From Eledone cirrhosa (Eukaryota): a DNA stretch of 64,000 nucleotides. Under the pieces are notes generated by a model. The model had not been told where the DNA came from, did not search any database, and saw only the letters and a list, made by a program, of their open reading frames with translations. A program made the translations under genes and the position numbers. Each line of letters opens with the position of its first letter. Position 1 is the stretch's first letter. The DNA lies in assembly GCA_964016885.1 (NCBI GenBank), contig OZ024743.1:144770001-144834000 (forward strand), read 5' to 3'. Below are positions 12,428 to 26,490 of this stretch, one piece after another.

Positions 12428-15400
12428 ACACACATGTATACATATATACACACACACATTTGATAAATAGCTTCAGTTAATTTTTCTCATATCATTTATT
12501 GTTGTCCACTTTTCCTCTAGCAAAGGTTTCAATGGGTCATCACAGACCAAATTAGTACTCAATTGGAGCCACTGATCTTGCACCCTACAGAGTGCACCTT
12601 GCTTTTTATCATGGCACTAACACTAGGGAGGTCATGTCCTTGGCACAACTGAAGAGTCCTCTCTACCAATTGTTTGGCAAGTTTTCTGTTTTGATGCCCT
12701 TCCTATCACCAACCATTTTACTGAGTGTATGTACCATGAACACTAAAGAGATTGGTATGCACACATCATTCCGGTTTTTAGAAGAGAAACACTGTATTCT
12801 TGTATGTCTTCAGAAGCAATTAAAGGGATTGGCATTGATAAGGGTATCCAACTGTAAAACATCAAACCTATACCAGCATGGAAAAGTGGGCATAAAATTA
12901 TTTCCATTGAGTATTTTCTTTTTTTTAGTTGAGTACATTTTCTGCAACCTGCTTCACTGATCATCATCATCATCATCAACATCACTCAGTCCACCCTGTC
13001 AGATGGAAGTGGTTGTACCAAGGGAAAATTCAGAACATACTGAAGTGGTTGGTGTTAGGAAGTGTATCTAGCTATAGAAACTGACAAAAATGGAACATAT
13101 AAGCAAGACACTGTCTAGCCTCAGAACATGCAGGCCATGCAGGCAGGAAAAAACAAAGTGGTGGTGATGATTATATATATATATCATATAATCTAGGCAT
13201 GGCAAACAGTCACTTTTTTCTCTATATTTCATCTAAATTTCTGTGATTTATCCACATTATATACCGACACATTCAAACCAATATACTCATCTTTGTTATA
13301 ATCATGTTTTGGCTGTTGGATGTCATATTCAGTATGTTCTGGAGATTTTTAACCCAAATACTTTATTCAAATTATTGGGGTAGATTGTTCTTATTCAATT
13401 GATCATGCCAAGTAAATTCTTTTTCAATTAGTGACTTGTGATGTCAATTGAGTGTTTTGCTTAAAATATATAGATACACTGATATTGTCCCATAGGGTAA
13501 TTACAAGCTAATATTTTTTTTATGATCTTCGATCTAATATCCTTTCTTTCCTAATTAAAAGCTCCCATATGGCAATCATATCAATGCTGAGACTACTGAA
13601 AAGGTTATGTGCTAATTCTTTTTATCATCTTATCTTCCAGTATTGTTGCCTATATATTATATTGACTTTGTTCCACAAAATTGTTGGCATTCCTTTTACT
13701 TCCATAAGAGATAAGCTATGTCCAATTTCTCTGTCTCCCCACTGAGGCATGCCTCCACCAGATAAGATCACAATCAAGAACTGAGTGTAATATCTGCTAT
13801 GCAGGGAATATAAAGGTGAAACAAGTCATTAATTATATTTTCCTACTTTTTTTTTTATTAATGGCCTCTCTTGCTATTTTTCATTGTACACTTCTAATTC
13901 TGTAAGAAAGTCTAATTTGTTTCATTAGTTGGCTTAGCTGATCTTATAATTGAAATTTGACCAGCTAGACACTTTCAATTTAATGCAATGCTTAAGGAAC
14001 ATTGGAAAGTTGTACAATATGGACTCAAAATATACCAGCAAAAACAAAGAAAAAAAATTTAGAGAATACCTAAATACACAGGCACAAACCAAACTGGTTT
14101 TAAGCTAGATTTTTTTAAAAAATGCTTTGTGTTTGCAAGGCTGAGATAAAAGTAATTCAACAGCCAAACTTAACATCAAATAGCATTGCCTTTGACAGGG
14201 AAACAAAACATTTGGTTTCCTTCCCTGTCAGCATTTGAAAAGTTCATGTTTGTCAAAGGCTAAGTAAGCTAGCTAGGCCTTTCAAGATAATGAAAAGTTA
14301 AGAGAAAGAAAATTAAATATTATGATGAGGTGAGAAACAATACTTGAGGAACAAAACCATAGATTAAACAAGATGAGACTATTTCACCACCTCCCTAATA
14401 CTAAATATTCAAGACTGATCATTTTCTTAATATTCAAAATGGTTTCACTGTCATTAACAAGGGTCATTTTAATGTTTTCTGTAACAGAAATGCATATGTA
14501 CAATTCTTTTAATTGTCAGTGTCTTCTTTGGTCAGGTTGAGCTACATTGATTCACACAGCAGCTACAGGACACATCCAAATATGAAGAAGAAAGTGTACA
14601 ATGAAAAATAGCAAGAGATGCAATTAGTGAAAAAAAGCCTGAAAATAGAATTAACAATAGCATTTTGACTAATTTTGATATTAAACTATATCATTACTTT
14701 TTGGAGAACAAGAACACTGAAAATATAGATTTTTCTAATAGAAAATTGAATAAAATGAAAAAATAAAATGAAAAAATAAAGGGTTTGGAGTAACTTAACA
14801 TGGAACACTATGGAAAAATTAGCAAAGGTTTTTATTTTACTATTATGAGGTCCTGAACTGTGGGTAAACATATAACATGGTTTTCATACAAACCATGTAG
14901 ACACAGTCAATTTTGTTTGGCAATTCCTGCAACATATTGAAACTACTATCTATAATTAGAAAATCATATGAATCAAATGAGAAGAAAATAATGACTCAAA
15001 GAAGCTAAAAATAGGTTGAGAGAATAGCAGAAAATATGAGGGAAGGGGTCAATGAATATTTGCAAGCCTCCAAACTTTAATCCAGCCATTAGTTTTTCTA
15101 AGGATATAGATATAATACAAGCGACATTCATTTTAGATAACTATTGAAAATAAAAGTTAAGTGAAAAAAAAATAAAAAATAAATAAATGAATAAATAAAT
15201 AAAAAACAAAAAAAAAAATGAGATACTGAAGTACTGATTTAGAAATTTCTTCTTCAGAAATAATTCTGAAAGTTTTAGAAATATAGAATGAAATGATAGT
15301 CATTAATAGTAATCAATAAAATTAAAATGATATGATGCAATATGGGATTTTCAATTAAAGCTTTCACATTTGCCACCACTTGCCTGTGACATTAAAAATA

Positions 15401-16601
15401 TATGTATTATAGCCAAATCTTAAAATCTATAATAGAGAAACAGATAGAATAAAAAAAAAAGAGAGAGAAAACAACTGAAACAACCACTTCATACAATGTA
15501 ATTCAATCTTATCCAGCTGTCACATTAAACAAAATCGAAAACTGTTCAAGGAAACCAATGACAACATGTTGGCTTGTAATGAACTTCATTTCTAAGATGA
15601 ATAAGGTACTAACTATTTCTGAAATGCAGACGATATAAACAAAATAAGTGTTTTTAAGAAAATAGTGGTTAAAAAGAAAAAAAAAGTTTTAAAAAGGAAA
15701 ATTATAATCATTAACTAGCAGGTGTAGTGCAGTTCAATGAGTGGAAACAAGGCTAGGAGATAGAAAATAGGGATGGGAAGGTAAAAACAATTAGTGACAG
15801 TGATAGAAAGGAGTAAAAGACTTGTGGGTACCTACATCCATAATAGAACATGCTTGTCTGTTAATACACATCAACAAAATAAGGCAGAGGCAGCCAATAA
15901 CAGGTAGCCAAAAATCTTGATGCAACGGCAGGCACTGGTAGCAGTTCAGCTAAGTAGCAGTGCTAAACACAGCAGCAGATGCAAGGCTGTAACAGTAGCA
16001 GCAGCAGCAGTAATAGTAGTAGAGGTAAGAGCAGCTGCATTTAGCTTTATTAGAAAACTATCTTGAGAAATTTCCTTCCTTTCTTGTCAATTAATAATAA
16101 TAAGGAAGAAAAGCAAATGCTCCAGGGAAGGTTGATGTCTAAGTATGTCAATATATGATAAGTAAAATTGCAAATAGTAGGATTGCAGAAATAATCACAA
16201 CAAAAGTTGTCACAGCAAATCTGTGAGTCTGCTATATTTATATACATATCAGGGTCATAAGACATCGTCACATAACAGCAAACAATAAGAGTGACCAAGA
16301 ATTTAGGTCATTCATTTACAGACTAAGGTAGACAGAGCAAAGAGGGTGTTGGTGGTGAACATGGGTAAATCTTCCATTTAACTAAATATAATACTAATCG
16401 GGTCAGACTGTCCATTTTGGTATCATCAATCTAGTAGCACCACCTGGAAACATATTTGAACAGTTTCTCTATGTCATCATTCTTAAGGTAGACGATAACC
16501 TTGAAAATAGAATCTTATCCTCAGAAAATGGAAATTAAAATAGACATTTTTGTTTATAAAATATGTATTCAGTATAAATGAAAGAAAAGATTATTATTGA
16601 T

Positions 16602-16692
<91 letters not shown>
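16602..16692. repeat. Compound (TG)n(TA)n(CA)n(TA)n microsatellite
   Basis: Directly visible in the sequence. Confidence 0.95.
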
Positions 16693-18556
16693 TAACCCAT
16701 TCAATAGCAAACTGCCTGAGACTGCTTATGATTCTATAATACAAAACCATATTTTAAAGTGGGTATATTTAAATTTATAAAAACCTTGCACCATAATTCT
16801 AAATATAAAGTTATTTTATAAAACCCCACCAAATTTATGATTTTGAAAAATATAGAACACCAATTTTCAACCTTTTACTATCACTGACACACTACATTGA
16901 ATAAGGTGCTAAAAGTACTGTAGCATGCCATAAGCTTTTTAAAAGTTTTAATATATATATATATATATATATTAAAAAAAAAAAAAAAAAAACCATTATA
17001 AAAATAAGTACCACTCCATAGCAGTGAATTGTTAAAATAGATGAAACGCTTTGCAATATCTGTTCCAGCATTTTGAAATTTCTACCCAGGGATTTGAATC
17101 CCACCAATGGCCAATCACCTAACCAGGAAACTACAACTGATTATTAAAACTGCAATGGGTAGAGGTGGATTGTAGCTGTCTACTACTGCAGTCACATGAT
17201 ACTGATGATGATTTAAATAGAAATATGGTCACAAAAGGATTAATAAAAATGTCATAGAAAAATTATCATCTGCACTGGACAAATCTTTGTTTGCTCAACC
17301 TGATAGAAAGAGTAGCCAAGTTTCCCTTAAATTTTTTCACCACCACACCTCATCAGCTGGAGTTAGCTATTGTTTACAATAGGTCTGCCCAGACCATCTA
17401 TCTTTTTTCTGACCGAGGTTACCTAGGACGGCACAATACAATGTATCTTTCCTGAAGACAATAGTGTATATGGAAATTTGGTCGTTATTTATTGCAGGTC
17501 AAGATATCATATAGAGGCACCTTTTCAGGAGTATTGGTAGAGCATCTGACAACATGCTTTGCATTATATAGTTACAGCTCTTTACACTGAGCCCTTTACA
17601 TCATGCCAAGGTTTGCTTTGCCTTTCATCCTTACAGGGTTTATAAAATGAAACACCAGTAATGCACTGAGATTGACTTAATTGACTTTCCGTTTCTCTTC
17701 AAATTGTTGGCATTGTGCCAAATGTAGAAACAATTATTAGGTTGACCTCAATTAGACATCTATACTACTTTACAAAAACAACTTGACAAGCGAGCAAGGG
17801 AACTTCTATATGGTCGGTCAATTGAGCTGCTAGAAATGACAGTCACTTCTCAAGCCATACCCTCTTTACCATCTTAAAGAAAGAACACACTGGATAACAA
17901 AATCTATTGCTGGAGACAATGTCTGAAAATAAGATGTAGGTGATTATGGCTTGAATACTTTGACCATGAACCTGCTTGACCAAAGCTGATCTGGGCATAA
18001 ACTTGGCTTAGAATTTTTATCTAGGATCATTAAAACTATCATCTATCCTTTAAGTAATTAACAACTTTGTTATAACAAGTTTGAATTTTAATAGAAAACA
18101 TTTTGTCTACTTGATAGACTTTCTGCATCCAAATAATAACCCTTTATACGATTTCGCAAATAAAATAAACTAGTTTCAATGATGTTCATATAATAGCTTC
18201 AACTAAGCTTACAATAGTTTGGTCAATAGAAAGGCTGAATATACCACATATGAGTACATTTACTGTATTTTTTCATTGAGACCCAGCATAACAGAGTATG
18301 TCTGGTCCATTTGAATAAAGATACAGTTTATCTGACAGGCTTTCAAACAGTTTCTATCTACCCAATTTCATTAACAAGGTTTGAATCAATCCACAGCTAT
18401 AGTAACAACAAAAAAATAAATAAATACAAATAAATCACCCAATGTGTCAGTCAAACTGAACCTGGAACCTCATGATAATAAAGTGAACTTCTTAACCTTC
18501 CTTTATATATAGTATATTTATCAGGTTGAATAACATGGTCAATGTGGGATTTAAAG

Positions 18557-19549
18557 CAAAGGTTCTCAATAGGGGTGGGGGGTAGAAGATGGGTCTCAAA
18601 CTGAAGGACATAAAAGGGCCATTACGCCCTGGAGGAGAGCCACAGTGGGCCAAACGTGGTGGTGGTTGATGATGTTCACCAGTTATAATCATTTCTACTA
18701 CAAGCACAAGGCATGAAATTTAGGGTTTAGGGTCCAGTTCACAACTGGTACTTAATTTATCGACCCCAAAAGGATGAAAGGCAAAGTTGAGATCAGCGGA
18801 ATTTGAACTCAGAACGTAAAAACGGAAGAAGTACCGCTAAGCATTTCACCAGATGTGTTAACGATTCCACCAGCTCACCGCTTTATTTTCACCAGTTATA
18901 ATGCTATATGAAATATTGGTTCTACTACAGGCCATAGAAAAGTAGTTCGCGAGCTGCATGTTTGAGCCCTCTGTTGAATAGATAGATATGTTTCTTTATT
19001 AGCCACAGGGGCACAAAAGAAGGACAAATACAAAGGGGGAAGTTTACATACAATAAAAACGTGTAAAATATTATCACAAATGCAAGATAGATAGATAGAT
19101 AGACGTGTACCAAACACACACACATTTCTTACTCTGTCTCTCCCCCTCTCTCTCTCTATATATATATATGGCGTTGTTATTTGACGTTGTTGAAAAGAGC
19201 AGTGGCCTTTGACCCGGCAATAAAAACTGGAGACAAAATTCGTTGTGTAACAAAAACAAGGCACACACGAGTGTTTTTCGACTGAGATCAAATCTTTGAG
19301 AACATTCACGTCTTTTTTTTTAAATATATAATTTGAAATAGCTTGCTTTTGTTTTGGACTGAAACATTTTTGTATTTAATTTGTACAAGTATTTTTTAAA
19401 GATCTTTTTAAAAATTCTAACATAACTTGATTTGGCCCAGTAATCTACTGATATTAAAATAGAAAAATGGAAAAAATAGGGTAGGGGAGCGTTTCGTGAT
19501 TTTGAGGGGCAAAAGAGGGCGTTTGGCCGAAATGGGTTGAGAACCTATG
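18557..19549. mobile_element. Non-autonomous hAT element with a nested SINE
   Basis: TIRs CAAAGGTTCTCAA / TTGAGAACCTATG; perfect 8-bp TSD ATTTAAAG at 18549-18556 and 19550-19557. SINE nested at about 18686-18880. Confidence 0.85.
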
Positions 19550-21673
19550 ATTTAAAGCATCCCACCCAGCACTAACACTTCCTCCAGTCCTCTGCCTTAG
19601 ACTGGAACTTTATCAAGCCTGAAAAGTTGACCTGGGTAGCATTTGAAATGAAAATGATTTGAGAAAGAATAAATGCTATAAAGCATTTTGTCCAATGCTC
19701 TAATGCATCTGTCAATTCACTGACATATAATATATTCACTTTAAAAATGACAGATGAAGGTACTTTGGTTAATATTTGTCCAGAACACGAGGAAAGAGTG
19801 AATTCTAGAGGGTTGTAGATAGAGGAAGGGTTGAGTAAAAAGATGATAGCATACATAATAGTGAAGTATTCCATTGTCAGTTGATCGGAACATGGTTAGA
19901 GCATAATCAAAAGAATCAAGTCAAATAACGATGGAATAGTGAAGACAAAAGCATACAAGATTAATAAGAGGTTTGGAAGGAATAGAAAAAAAGAGAATAG
20001 CTGTAAGCCTATCCAATGATACAACCACATGTACTAGTCGTTACTACTGTATCTTAAATCACTAAACTCTGCATAAAATACTTTGCTGTATTCTTCCTCT
20101 TCATATCTGCATCCCACTGAAATTCCTCTTTTGCTACAAGCACCAACCTACAATTTAACCTGCATTGACACCAGCCTGAGAGGGACTACAAGATCATGGC
20201 TGCTGCATTTCTTCAATCCTCTACATTATTATTATGATGATGATGATAAAACAAGATGTTTTGTTTATCTAATTAGATATAATTGTTTCTACTTTTGGCA
20301 CAAGGCCAGCAATTACCCAGTGCATTACTGGTGCTTTATTTTATCGACCCCCGTAAGGATGAAAGGCAAAGTGAACCTCGGCGGGATTTGAACTCAGAAT
20401 GGCAAGGGCCGTAACTCCATGCGTCAAAGCATGACGTCCGACCCTCTACCGATACTGAATGTTTGCAAGTATTTAATGCATATTGAATGAAACAGTATGT
20501 CAAAATAAATCAAGAGGTAAGTTGAAAACAATGTGTGCTCTTCCCTTCAGTAACAACAAAAAGCATGAAAGATTTACGTGTCCCAATGAAAAAGTTGAAT
20601 ATGGGATACATATATGAGAAAGAAAAAGTTTAAATCTCTCCAGAGGAAGAGAGAAAGAGAGAAAGTTAAGCAATTAAGTACATGGAGATAGAAAGACTGT
20701 AGGTCCTACTAGGATAGTTAAGATATTAAAAGTTTTAGGTCGGGCTGGTTTCACTCACATAGCAAACAAAATTGTAAGAAACATGCTTATCAATTATTAC
20801 AAAGGTAAAAGAAAACACATTAGACAAATGAAAATACAAAATTCTCAAGCTAATGGACTTTGGAATGAAAGTAGTATATAAACTAAATTTGGATAGGATT
20901 CAGATTTATCTTAGAACATTGGATATCAGATGAAAGAAGTTCTTGGCAAATAACAATATTACATTTATTGACGTGGAAATGACTTTTTGGCAGAATCCCT
21001 ATCTGAATACTAACAGAAGCAATAAGAAGGCTAGGCTGGATAAAGAGATAGTTAGGAATGGTCAAGTCTTGTAATAAAAATTGAAATATAAAATCATGAT
21101 CAACAGTACACTCAATTCATAAATTTAGTGTGCAAGAATATATCCATCAAAGTTTTATTTCCAACTCTCTTCATATTTGGCCATAAAGCTATCATAAAGA
21201 TTTGAATATTAAATGCCATCAATATTTAAAATAGCTTATTTTAGTTGCAGAAGAGAAGAAACTTCAAAATTTGGATTTGATAGTTTTAGTCAGTAACATA
21301 AAAAAGGCCCGCACAAACAAGGAATTCTTGATTTTGATATTTTTTGGGAGACAGCTGATTTCTACACATCTCAATCTATTACATTTCCAATTAAATAAAT
21401 TTTATACTATTTATTGACATAATTTTTATAATGGAAACTTTCTTTGTATTCCATGATGCAATCAATTATACATTTCAAAACAAACGTATCATCATCACCA
21501 TTTAGCGTCCATTTTTCCACACTGGCATGGGTTAAACGAGTTATCCTATTGTGAGCAATGCTAGGTCAGGTGACAATGCCATGCTCATGCCGAACCAATT
21601 TTGACTTGGTTTCTACAGCTGGATGCACCAACCTTATTTGCAGTACTGGGTGCTTTTTGTTGTGATGCCTTAA

Positions 21674-22751
21674 CCATTTAGTGTTCAAACCGCCCGAAAC
21701 TGCCGCAATTATTCCCCCTTCGTTTGTTCAATCCAGCCGAAACCGGCCGATAACACCCACACTAAAATATCGTTCTAAAAATAAACAATACCGTCAACAA
21801 AATCTCATCAATTCAAGATTACTGCTAGATTAGGCCCTTACCGCGAAAATTAACACTTAACATAGCGAAACACGTGTTTTTTTAACGTTGAAAGTAGAAC
21901 AGATTTTTTGTTTGTATCAACATGGCTTATGAAAGTAGCAATACCGACTTTGAAGGTTTTACACACGACGACATTCAAAATGAACAAAAAAACAAAAGAT
22001 AATATTAGTGATTTATCTTCAAATCAATCAGATGTTTACATTTCTGAAATTTCATCCGACGATGATTGTTGTGTTGAAAGTGAAAACGAAGGAGATCTCC
22101 AGAACGCCATTGAAAATATTACAGCAACGTTATTGAAAAATACCACACCAATATATGTTCCCGATTTTATTCAAAATACTGGTCCACAACACACATTAAC
22201 CCCCGATGCTAAAGGACTGGATTATTTCTTTTTACCACAAACTTTCTTCGAAGTTGTTGCAGAAGAGACTAATTTCGATCTGCCCAACAACAGATTTCAA
22301 ATCGAGGAAACCCGATCTGTTATGGCGACTGACAGATGCAGCAAGCATTTTTTTACCATAAATATTATGTTCGGTATAAAACAATTTCCAAGACTGTGGA
22401 ATTACTGGAGCACTGATATAAGGTTTAGTGATCCTTATATATATCAAGTATTATGCCGAAAACAACGTATTTAAAATTAAACCAGTATTTGCACCTGGTT
22501 GATACTTCAAATGCCCCTATTAATTAATTTCACCTGCCCATAAAAGTCAAATTTGACAAAAAAAAATCAGGTAAAATTATATAATTGTAAATTATTGATA
22601 TTTAAACATCTGACAAAATTTCAAGCCTGCACATTGAACATTAAGAAAATTACAAACAAATAAAATTGATAACCCTCTTGAGTACAATTAACTAAAAAGA
22701 ATGTGAACAGATAAACATGACATTTGATAAATTAATGTGAATGCTAAAGGG
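21674..22751 (+). mobile_element. Non-autonomous piggyBac deletion derivative, copy 2
   Basis: TTAA flanks and CCATTTAG...CTAAAGGG termini. Same transposase relic (ORF 21908..22474). Retains a segment deleted in copy 1. Confidence 0.9.
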
Positions 22752-23549
22752 TTAAACATCAATTTTATTTATCTATTGATTGATTTGGTCTTTGGAAAGA
22801 GTTGTGCTCAAGCCCTTCAGAAACAGTGAGACTGGCATAGTTGACATTCCTATTGAACAGTTGCAAGGCAACAGTTGCATAAAATAAATAACGTGCAATG
22901 AGGGAAGCCCCGAGTGAGGTTCTAGGAAGGAACGGCTGTTGTAGTGGTTAGTGAAAGCCCTAGATGGGAGGACATGATATGGCTGGTAAACATTGTCCTA
23001 ACTTTTAGTAGTCAGAATAAGCAAATATCTGTTGTCCAAATTTTTTTCCTGTGACAAAGGAAAGTGCATACGGAATCACCATCATCACTGTTTTACGATT
23101 ATTCTCTTTGCTTGCATGGGTTAGTCAGGTTGTATGCTGCACTTTTTGGCTTTGTTTTTCTAACTGGATGATCTTCCAAACACCACTCACTTAACATTGT
23201 GTACAGAGAGCATTTTATTATGACTCTAGCACTACTATCTTTCAGGATGGTATAAGTATAATTAATTGTTTCTACGTTTGGCACAAGGCTAGCAATTAGC
23301 CAGTGCATTACTGGTACTTTATTTTATCGACTCCGTCAGGATGAAAGGCAAAGTTAACCTCGGCGGGATTTGAACTCAAAATGGCAAGGGCCGTAACTCT
23401 ATACGTCAAAGCATGGCATCCGACCCTCTACCGATATAATTAATAATTACTACATTATTTAAGGCAACTAACCATTTGTGAGTATATTAATTTCTTTTTT
23501 TTGCACTTGTTTCAAACTGTGTATGCCTGCACTCATGTGCACAGAGAAT

Positions 23550-23935
23550 TATCATCATCATCATTTTACGTCCACTTTTCCACGCTAGCATGGGTTAGAC
23601 GGGTTGACCTGTTGTGGGCAGTGTCCGGTCAGCTGACCCTGCTCATACAGGAACTGATTCTGGCTTGATTTCTACAGCTGGATGCCCTTCCTAACACCAA
23701 CATCATTTACAGTGAGTGCTGGTTGCTTTTTTTGCCGTGGCACCTCCACGACCACTTTGCAGTGGAATGATAAGGACCCCAGTCCCTATCATCTCATTTC
23801 TACAGTTGAGTAAACTGGAGCAATGTGAAATAAAGTATCTTGCTCAAGGAAACAACACATCACCCGGTCTGAGAATTGAACTCACAACCTTTCGATTGCA
23901 AGCCCAATGCTCTAACCACTAAGCCATGTGCCTTC
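23550..23935 (-). mobile_element. tRNA-derived CORE-like SINE (same family as 8351-8690)
   Basis: Reverse complement is nearly identical to 8351-8632; (CAT)n tail on the plus strand. Confidence 0.85.
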
Positions 23936-24045
23936 AGAATAGTGGTGATAATAGCAGGAAAGATGGGAGAAGCTGGGTGGAGGAGAGCCCATTGTACTAG
24001 CGGTAGAAAATACAGTACAATACTTATTACATAAAATGACATATA

Positions 24046-25337
24046 GGAGGGTGATCAAAAAGTTCGCGGAATTTTTCAGAAAATAATCTATTTTTCAAAA
24101 AATATGATTTACCTTCAATTTATTTTTCTACATAGTTGCCATCCAGGTCAATACACTTCACAAGGCGATGCTTCCAGCTTCGTAAGCCGTCTCTAAAGAA
24201 AGTTGAAGGCCTTGTTCGAAGCCATGTGTTGGCAGTGTTTTTAACTTCTTCAACACTGCTAAAACGGGTTCCTTTTAGCATTTCTTTGAGTTTTGGAAAG
24301 AGGAAAAAGTCTGATGAGGCTAAATCTGGACTATAAGGCGGGCGAGGAAGCACTTCCCATCGAAATTCTCGAAGAACTTCTTTTGCAACCTGCGCAGAAT
24401 GCGAAACAAGATGCCACCATGATGTTTCCCTTTTCATTTCTTGACTAATGCCTCTTTCAGCTTCCTTAAAACATTTGCATAGTAAGCTCCTGTCACAGTT
24501 CTTTGACCTTCAAGATAATCTATTAGTATCACCCCATCTGAATCCCAGAAAATGGTGGCCATCACTTTTTGATCCGACTTTTGAGATTTGAACTTGATTG
24601 GCCCCGATGATCCACGTGGAAGCCACTGTTTTGACTGCTGTTTGGATTCAGGATCATACTGGTAGATCCAGGTTTCATCTCCAGTGATGATTCTGGTCAG
24701 GAAATGCTCTTCATCAACTTCAATTTTGTTTAATATCACCAAAGACAGATCACTTCGAAGAATCAGCTGATCAGGGCGCAACGCTTTTGGGACCCATCGC
24801 GCTGAAAGCTTGCTTAGTCCCAAATTATCGTGCAGAATTGAATTTGCCGAACCATATGAAATGTCTAGGGACTTAGCTAACTGATTAACTGTTATTCTTC
24901 GATCTTCTTCAATTAAAGTCTGAGCAGCCTCAACGTTTTGGTCATTTTTTGATGTTCCTGGTCTTCCACTGCGATGGTCGTCTTCAAGGTCGTCTTTCCC
25001 TTGTTTGAATCGCTGAATCCACTTGTAGTCAGCAGTTTTCTTTGGAGCAGTAGTACTGTAAACTTTAACTAAAGCCTCCATAATCTGTGTCTCTTTCCAT
25101 TTGAGTTTCACCAGAAACTTGATATTCGATCTTATCTCAAAATAACTATTTTCCATTGTTCCAAAAAGAGGGTTTTTTAAAGAGTGTCAGTACTGTACAA
25201 TAGTCCGTGCATGACTAAATGCAAGTGACTAATAGCAAGGTAAACACCCAGTGACAATGTTCTGACATGTTTAATATTGTTTAACCTGATTTTTTTCTTG
25301 CTACAATAAATTCTGCGAACTATTTGATCCCTCCTCG
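24046..25337 (-). mobile_element. Near full-length mariner with frameshifted transposase (24120-25156)
   Basis: TA flanks and TIRs of about 26 bp. WVPKAL, ITGDETW and PPYSPDLASSD motifs. A small deletion/frameshift near 24435 removes the HDNA catalytic Asp. Confidence 0.93.
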
Positions 25338-25577
25338 TACATGCATTAATGATATGATATATAATTGTTTCTACTTTAAGCACAAGGCCAGCAATTACCC
25401 AGTGCATTACTGGTACTTTATTTTATCGACCCCGTAAGGATGAAACCTCGACGGGATTTGAACTCAGAATGGCAAGGGCCGTAACTATGCGTCAAAGCAT
25501 GGCGTACGACCCTCTACAGATACTGCCAATCCACCGCATTAATGATATATAATAGCAGTATATCATATGGGTTAGAT

Positions 25578-25734
25578 CAGGCATGTCAAACTGAGGGTCC
25601 CCTGAGGGCCACATATCACAACTAATTGCGCACATAACAACTAATATTATTTATTTTATATTACGCTAGTGTAGTAAAAACCTTTGTGCGGGCCGCGGGT
25701 GTACTTGAAAAGGGCCGCATGTTTGACATGCCTG
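25578..25734. mobile_element. hAT MITE (157 bp)
   Basis: Perfect 14-bp TIR CAGGCATGTCAAAC; perfect 8-bp TSD GGTTAGAT at 25570-25577 and 25735-25742. Confidence 0.93.
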
Positions 25735-26029
25735 GGTTAGATGACATGTTAAATTCATGACAGCAAGAAAAGCAGATGAAAAATGATAATGAATATAAAC
25801 ATCACAACATTATAAAACACATTACAGTAATAATCTAACTTAGAATACAAGAAAATAACATTACTACATTGAAGAACTATGTTAATAAACAATATTAGCA
25901 AACTGTGATAGTTATAAGGGATGAAAATATTGCTGACCTTGATCATCTGAGCCTGAACAGATTTATAGGATCTACCAGATGCTAGCTAAGTAGACAGTCT
26001 GTGCTTGGAGCAGCTACTATCTGAGATGA

Positions 26030-26490
26030 TTCTAAGCAATCTCTTCAACCGGTGGCTTGGATACAAGCAGAATGCTAATGATTGTTTGAGCGGCTCTTAG
26101 AACCAGCTGTAATCCTTTCCAGTTTGATATAGAGTAATTACCATACCATACTGGGATGCAGTGGGTCAAGATCCTTTCCACTATGCACTGATACAAGAGG
26201 ATGAGCATCATAGGAGAAAGTTTTACTTTTCTAATCTTTAGTGTAGACACTGCTAGGCTTTCTAGATCAGAACATGTGTTGCAAAACAATGACAGATCCT
26301 CCACAATGGGGTGGGGGTCCATTTTAATGTCACTCCTATTAATCTGAATGGAAAAAATGTAATTCCCTTCAGCTTTCTGTGGTCATTGGTGAGCTTTTGG
26401 TCTTTTAATATTCAATGAGGTAGTTTTCAACATGTCACTTATAAGACCTGTTGTAGTGGTACCATCCACACATTTTAGGATATTAATGGA
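26030..26490 (-). mobile_element. Decayed LINE RT C-terminal fragment (L2/Rex-Babar-like)
   Basis: LYQCIVERILTHCIPVWYGN...LQLVLRAAQTII motif. Confidence 0.6.

Noticed and set aside
15930-16040. (CAG)-rich tract as a MED15 polyglutamine exon
   Set aside because: CAG is on the plus strand while MED15 is on the minus strand, and there are no convincing splice sites.
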